37,501 nt of DNA from an uncultured bacterium (GTDB taxonomy: Bacteria > Patescibacteriota > Microgenomatia > UBA1400 > MFAQ01), in the NCBI GenBank assembly GCA_963980225.1, contig CAXBYW010000002.1, positions 1 to 37,501 on the forward strand. Direction: 5' to 3'. Below the pieces are notes generated by a model. It was not told the origin of the DNA. It made no database searches and saw only the letters and a program-made list of their open reading frames with translations. How positions within the stretch are numbered: position 1 is the stretch's first letter; each line of letters opens with the position of its first letter. This document shows, one piece after another, positions 35,553 through 37,501 of this stretch. Position numbers and translations under genes: made by a program.

Positions 35553-35920
35553 TATGAAGATAGATCATTTTTATATTAAGGTTAACGATTTGGATAAGGC
35601 AATAGATTTTTACGAAAAGCTTTTAAGTATAAAAGTTGTAAATAGGGAGGGAAATAGGTGGGTCGATTTTCAAAAAGGTGGGGGGTGTTTATTTTGGTAT
35701 TTATAACGCAGCTCACGATAATGAGGTTCCTAAGTATGGAGATAACATGATTTTATCGTTAAAAACTAAAGACATAGATAGAGATTACAAAAAAGTAAAA
35801 AGTTTAAAACCTAAGTCTCAAACAGACATAATTACAATCAAACAGCCTTCGTTATATAAATATTTTCAGTTTGAAGATCCCTGGGGGAACGTATGGGAAA
35901 TGGCAGAATATAACTATTAA
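35553..35920 (+). pseudogene. Glyoxalase/VOC-family gene interrupted by two single-base homopolymer insertions
   Basis: Frame 0: MKIDHFYIKVNDLDKAIDFYEKLLSIKVVK, stop at 35643. Frame +1: NREGNRWVDFQKGGG..., stop at 35704. Frame +2 is the track ORF (35678..35920): GGVYFGIYN...FEDPWGNVWEM. The shifts coincide with the A4 run at 35639..35642 and the G6 run at 35680..35685. Confidence 0.7.
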
Positions 35921-35943
35921 AGCTTTGTTTTGAAGCTAAATTG

Positions 35944-36015
35944 CAGGCCTGCCAGGATTCGAACCTGGAACAACTCTTTTGGAGAGAGTCATGATAGCCG
36001 TTTCACCACAGGCCT
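35944..36015 (-). tRNA. tRNA-Trp (anticodon CCA)
   Basis: Hand-folded: acceptor AGGCCTG/CAGGCCT, anticodon stem ACTCT/AGAGT with loop CTCCAAA, T arm CCAGG-TTCGAAT-CCTGG. 72 nt. Confidence 0.88.
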
Positions 36016-36054
36016 ATGGTGGTTATTTTATACTAAATAAGAGAGAAGTTTCTA

Positions 36055-36228
36055 TTACTTAAGCTTCTTGCTTTCGGTGTGTTTGGTGTGTTTCCTGCAC
36101 TTAGGGCAGTGTTTGTTTAACTCTAGTTTGTCGGGAGTGTTAGTTTTGTTTCTTTCTGTTAGAAAATTAAACTTGTTGCACACTGAACATTTTAAGCCGG
36201 TGATTTGTCTGGGTCCTTTTTTTGCCAT
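36055..36228 (-). CDS. rpmG: 50S ribosomal protein L33 (zinc-ribbon form)
   Basis: MAKKGPRQITGLKCSVCNKFNFLTERNKTNTPDKLELNKHCPKCRKHTKHTESKKLK, with CxxC...CxxC. The track ORF is extended upstream to a non-ATG start. Confidence 0.88.
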   Translation of the reverse strand: MAKKGPRQITGLKCSVCNKFNFLTERNKTNTPDKLELNKHCPKCRKHTKHTESKKLK

Positions 36229-36269
36229 GATCGGTATTATATAACAAAATGGGTGTGATATCATGAGCA

Positions 36270-37001
36270 ATGGAGCGAGAAGGACAGAAAGAAAGAGAAG
36301 TTGAGTTAAGAGAGTGGTTTGTTGAAAAGGGAATAACATATGTTTTGTTTGATATGGACGGTACATTAATTGACACACCTAGTCATTTTCTGACACGCAT
36401 GCATACGTACTGTGATTTTCTGGCTCAAAAAAGTGGAATAACTGAGAATGAGTTGTTTGACGTCTTTATGGACGGGATTATATCTTTAAGAGATGAATTT
36501 AATGTTCAACCCACTGTTTTAGATGTACCGGCTAGAGTTTTAGCAAAGATGTGTGGAATAGAGGGAGATGAGCTGGAGAAAGAGATTGATGAGTTAATGT
36601 CGATATATGAGACGGCTCCAGAGGTGTTTCCAGAAGCCGTAAACCAAGTGAGAGTTGTTAGGGATGCTGGAATGGATATGGCAGTGGTGACTCAGGCTGC
36701 AGAGCCGTGGACTAGATTAAAGAGTAAGTATTTCCCTGGATTGTTTAAAGACTATGTATGTACACCAACAGACAAACCAAAAAACATTGAAGCTTGGATG
36801 AGAGGAATGGAGAAAATAAAGGCAATACCAGAAGAAGTGATGATTGTGGGGGATAGTTGGACGTCTGATATATTACCAGCCTTGGAGATGGGGGCAAAGA
36901 TGGTGGTGTGGATAAGAAATGGGGAAGACCCAAAAAATCATGATGGAGTGATTGAGATAGAGACGATTGCGGATCTGACCGAGACGTTGCTAATGAATTA
37001 A
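36270..37001 (+). CDS. HAD-superfamily hydrolase
   Basis: Motif I VLFDMDGTLIDT. Late motif IVGDSWTSDI. Exact start uncertain. Confidence 0.8.
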   Translation: MEREGQKEREVELREWFVEKGITYVLFDMDGTLIDTPSHFLTRMHTYCDFLAQKSGITENELFDVFMDGIISLRDEFNVQPTVLDVPARVLAKMCGIEGDELEKEIDELMSIYETAPEVFPEAVNQVRVVRDAGMDMAVVTQAAEPWTRLKSKYFPGLFKDYVCTPTDKPKNIEAWMRGMEKIKAIPEEVMIVGDSWTSDILPALEMGAKMVVWIRNGEDPKNHDGVIEIETIADLTETLLMN

Positions 37002-37040
37002 TGAGAGTGTTTGATGGCTGGGAAGCCTTATGATGGTTAA

Positions 37041-37463
37041 ATGGGTGCAGAAGGAGATTTTGTTAGACATTGGAGAACGCAAAAAGAGAGATATTCTTTG
37101 GTGGGAGAGATATGTGGTTGTTGTGGAGATAAGATCTTTCCTCCTAGAGATATATGTCCTGGTTGTGGTGAGCTGGCAAAAGATCTATATGTTTTTTCTG
37201 GAAAAGGGACGATCTATTCGTTTACTAAAGTTACGGAAGCTCCGGAAGGGCACGAAGAGCAGGCTCCTTACTGGATTGGCATGGTTAAGCTAGAAGAAGG
37301 CCCTTTGGTGACTGCACAACTAACCGATTTTGGTCAAGGTGAGTTACCGGAAATTGGGATGGAGATGGAGATGGTGACAAGGGTGTTGAGTAAGCGAGGA
37401 GAAAGAGGGGTGATTGTTTATGGGTATAAGTTTAGGCAGCCGATGGTGGAAGAGATGGTTTAA
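37041..37463 (+). CDS. DUF35-type Zn-ribbon plus OB-fold protein (thiolase/HMG-CoA-synthase-associated family)
   Basis: Contains CCGDKIFPPRDICPGCG, then IYSFTKV...YWIGMVKLEEGPLVTAQL. The overlapping 37030..37293 ORF is rejected. Confidence 0.7.
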   Translation: MGAEGDFVRHWRTQKERYSLVGEICGCCGDKIFPPRDICPGCGELAKDLYVFSGKGTIYSFTKVTEAPEGHEEQAPYWIGMVKLEEGPLVTAQLTDFGQGELPEIGMEMEMVTRVLSKRGERGVIVYGYKFRQPMVEEMV

Positions 37464-37476
37464 TAAGGTTTTTTAA

Positions 37477-37501
37477 TGGAGCCGACGACTGGAGTCGAAC
37501 C
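37477..37501 (-). tRNA. 3-prime part of a tRNA gene (T arm, acceptor strand, encoded CCA); identity not determinable
   Basis: The minus strand reads GGTTCGACTCCAGTCGTCGGCTCCA, which is the T loop TTCGACT, stem, 7-nt acceptor strand, discriminator and CCA. The rest lies beyond the window. Confidence 0.6.

Overview
AT-rich, gene-dense bacterial window. Coding strands are purine-rich, so many long antisense ORFs in the track are artefacts. TGA is a normal stop. I infer a small-genome uncultivated bacterium of the Patescibacteria/CPR type; I cannot verify this without a search. Housekeeping content: leuS, comEA, a split comEC, an M16 peptidase, tatC with tatA and a broken second tatA, ndk, tdk, mreB, a GT26 (TagA/WecG-like) transferase, and secE-nusG-rplK-rplA // rplJ-rplL. 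Also a CofD/YvcK-like protein, a P-loop kinase, an rpoD-like sigma factor, rpmG, a HAD hydrolase, a DUF35-type protein, tRNA-Arg(CCT), tRNA-Trp(CCA) and a partial tRNA at the right edge. The accessory part is the left 9 kb, all on the minus strand. It holds a tightly packed operon built from a duplicated two-gene module (secreted beta-rich subunit plus membrane-anchored DUF916/DUF3324-like partner) and an Ig-like/Pro-rich polytopic protein. Next comes a 460-bp ORF-free region with five same-orientation TGCGG motifs. Then comes a very large ORF missing from the track because it runs off the left edge. It fuses two integrase-type SAM-like DNA-binding domains to a TM helix and tail-fibre-like repeats. 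Other points worth a second look: a Ser/Pro-repeat protein and a 70-aa neighbour that share a fibre-tip-like C-terminal module; a roughly 130-180 bp repeat element (60-bp internal tandem units) found in the gap that splits comEC and again upstream of ndk-tdk; a 1.2-kb ORF-free, almost C-free region after mreB; an opposite-strand insertion inside the rplKAJL cluster; an N-terminally extended L1; and homopolymer-associated frameshifts in a VOC-family gene and the second tatA. Those frameshifts may be real decay or assembly error. All family assignments come from motif recognition by eye. No database search was run.
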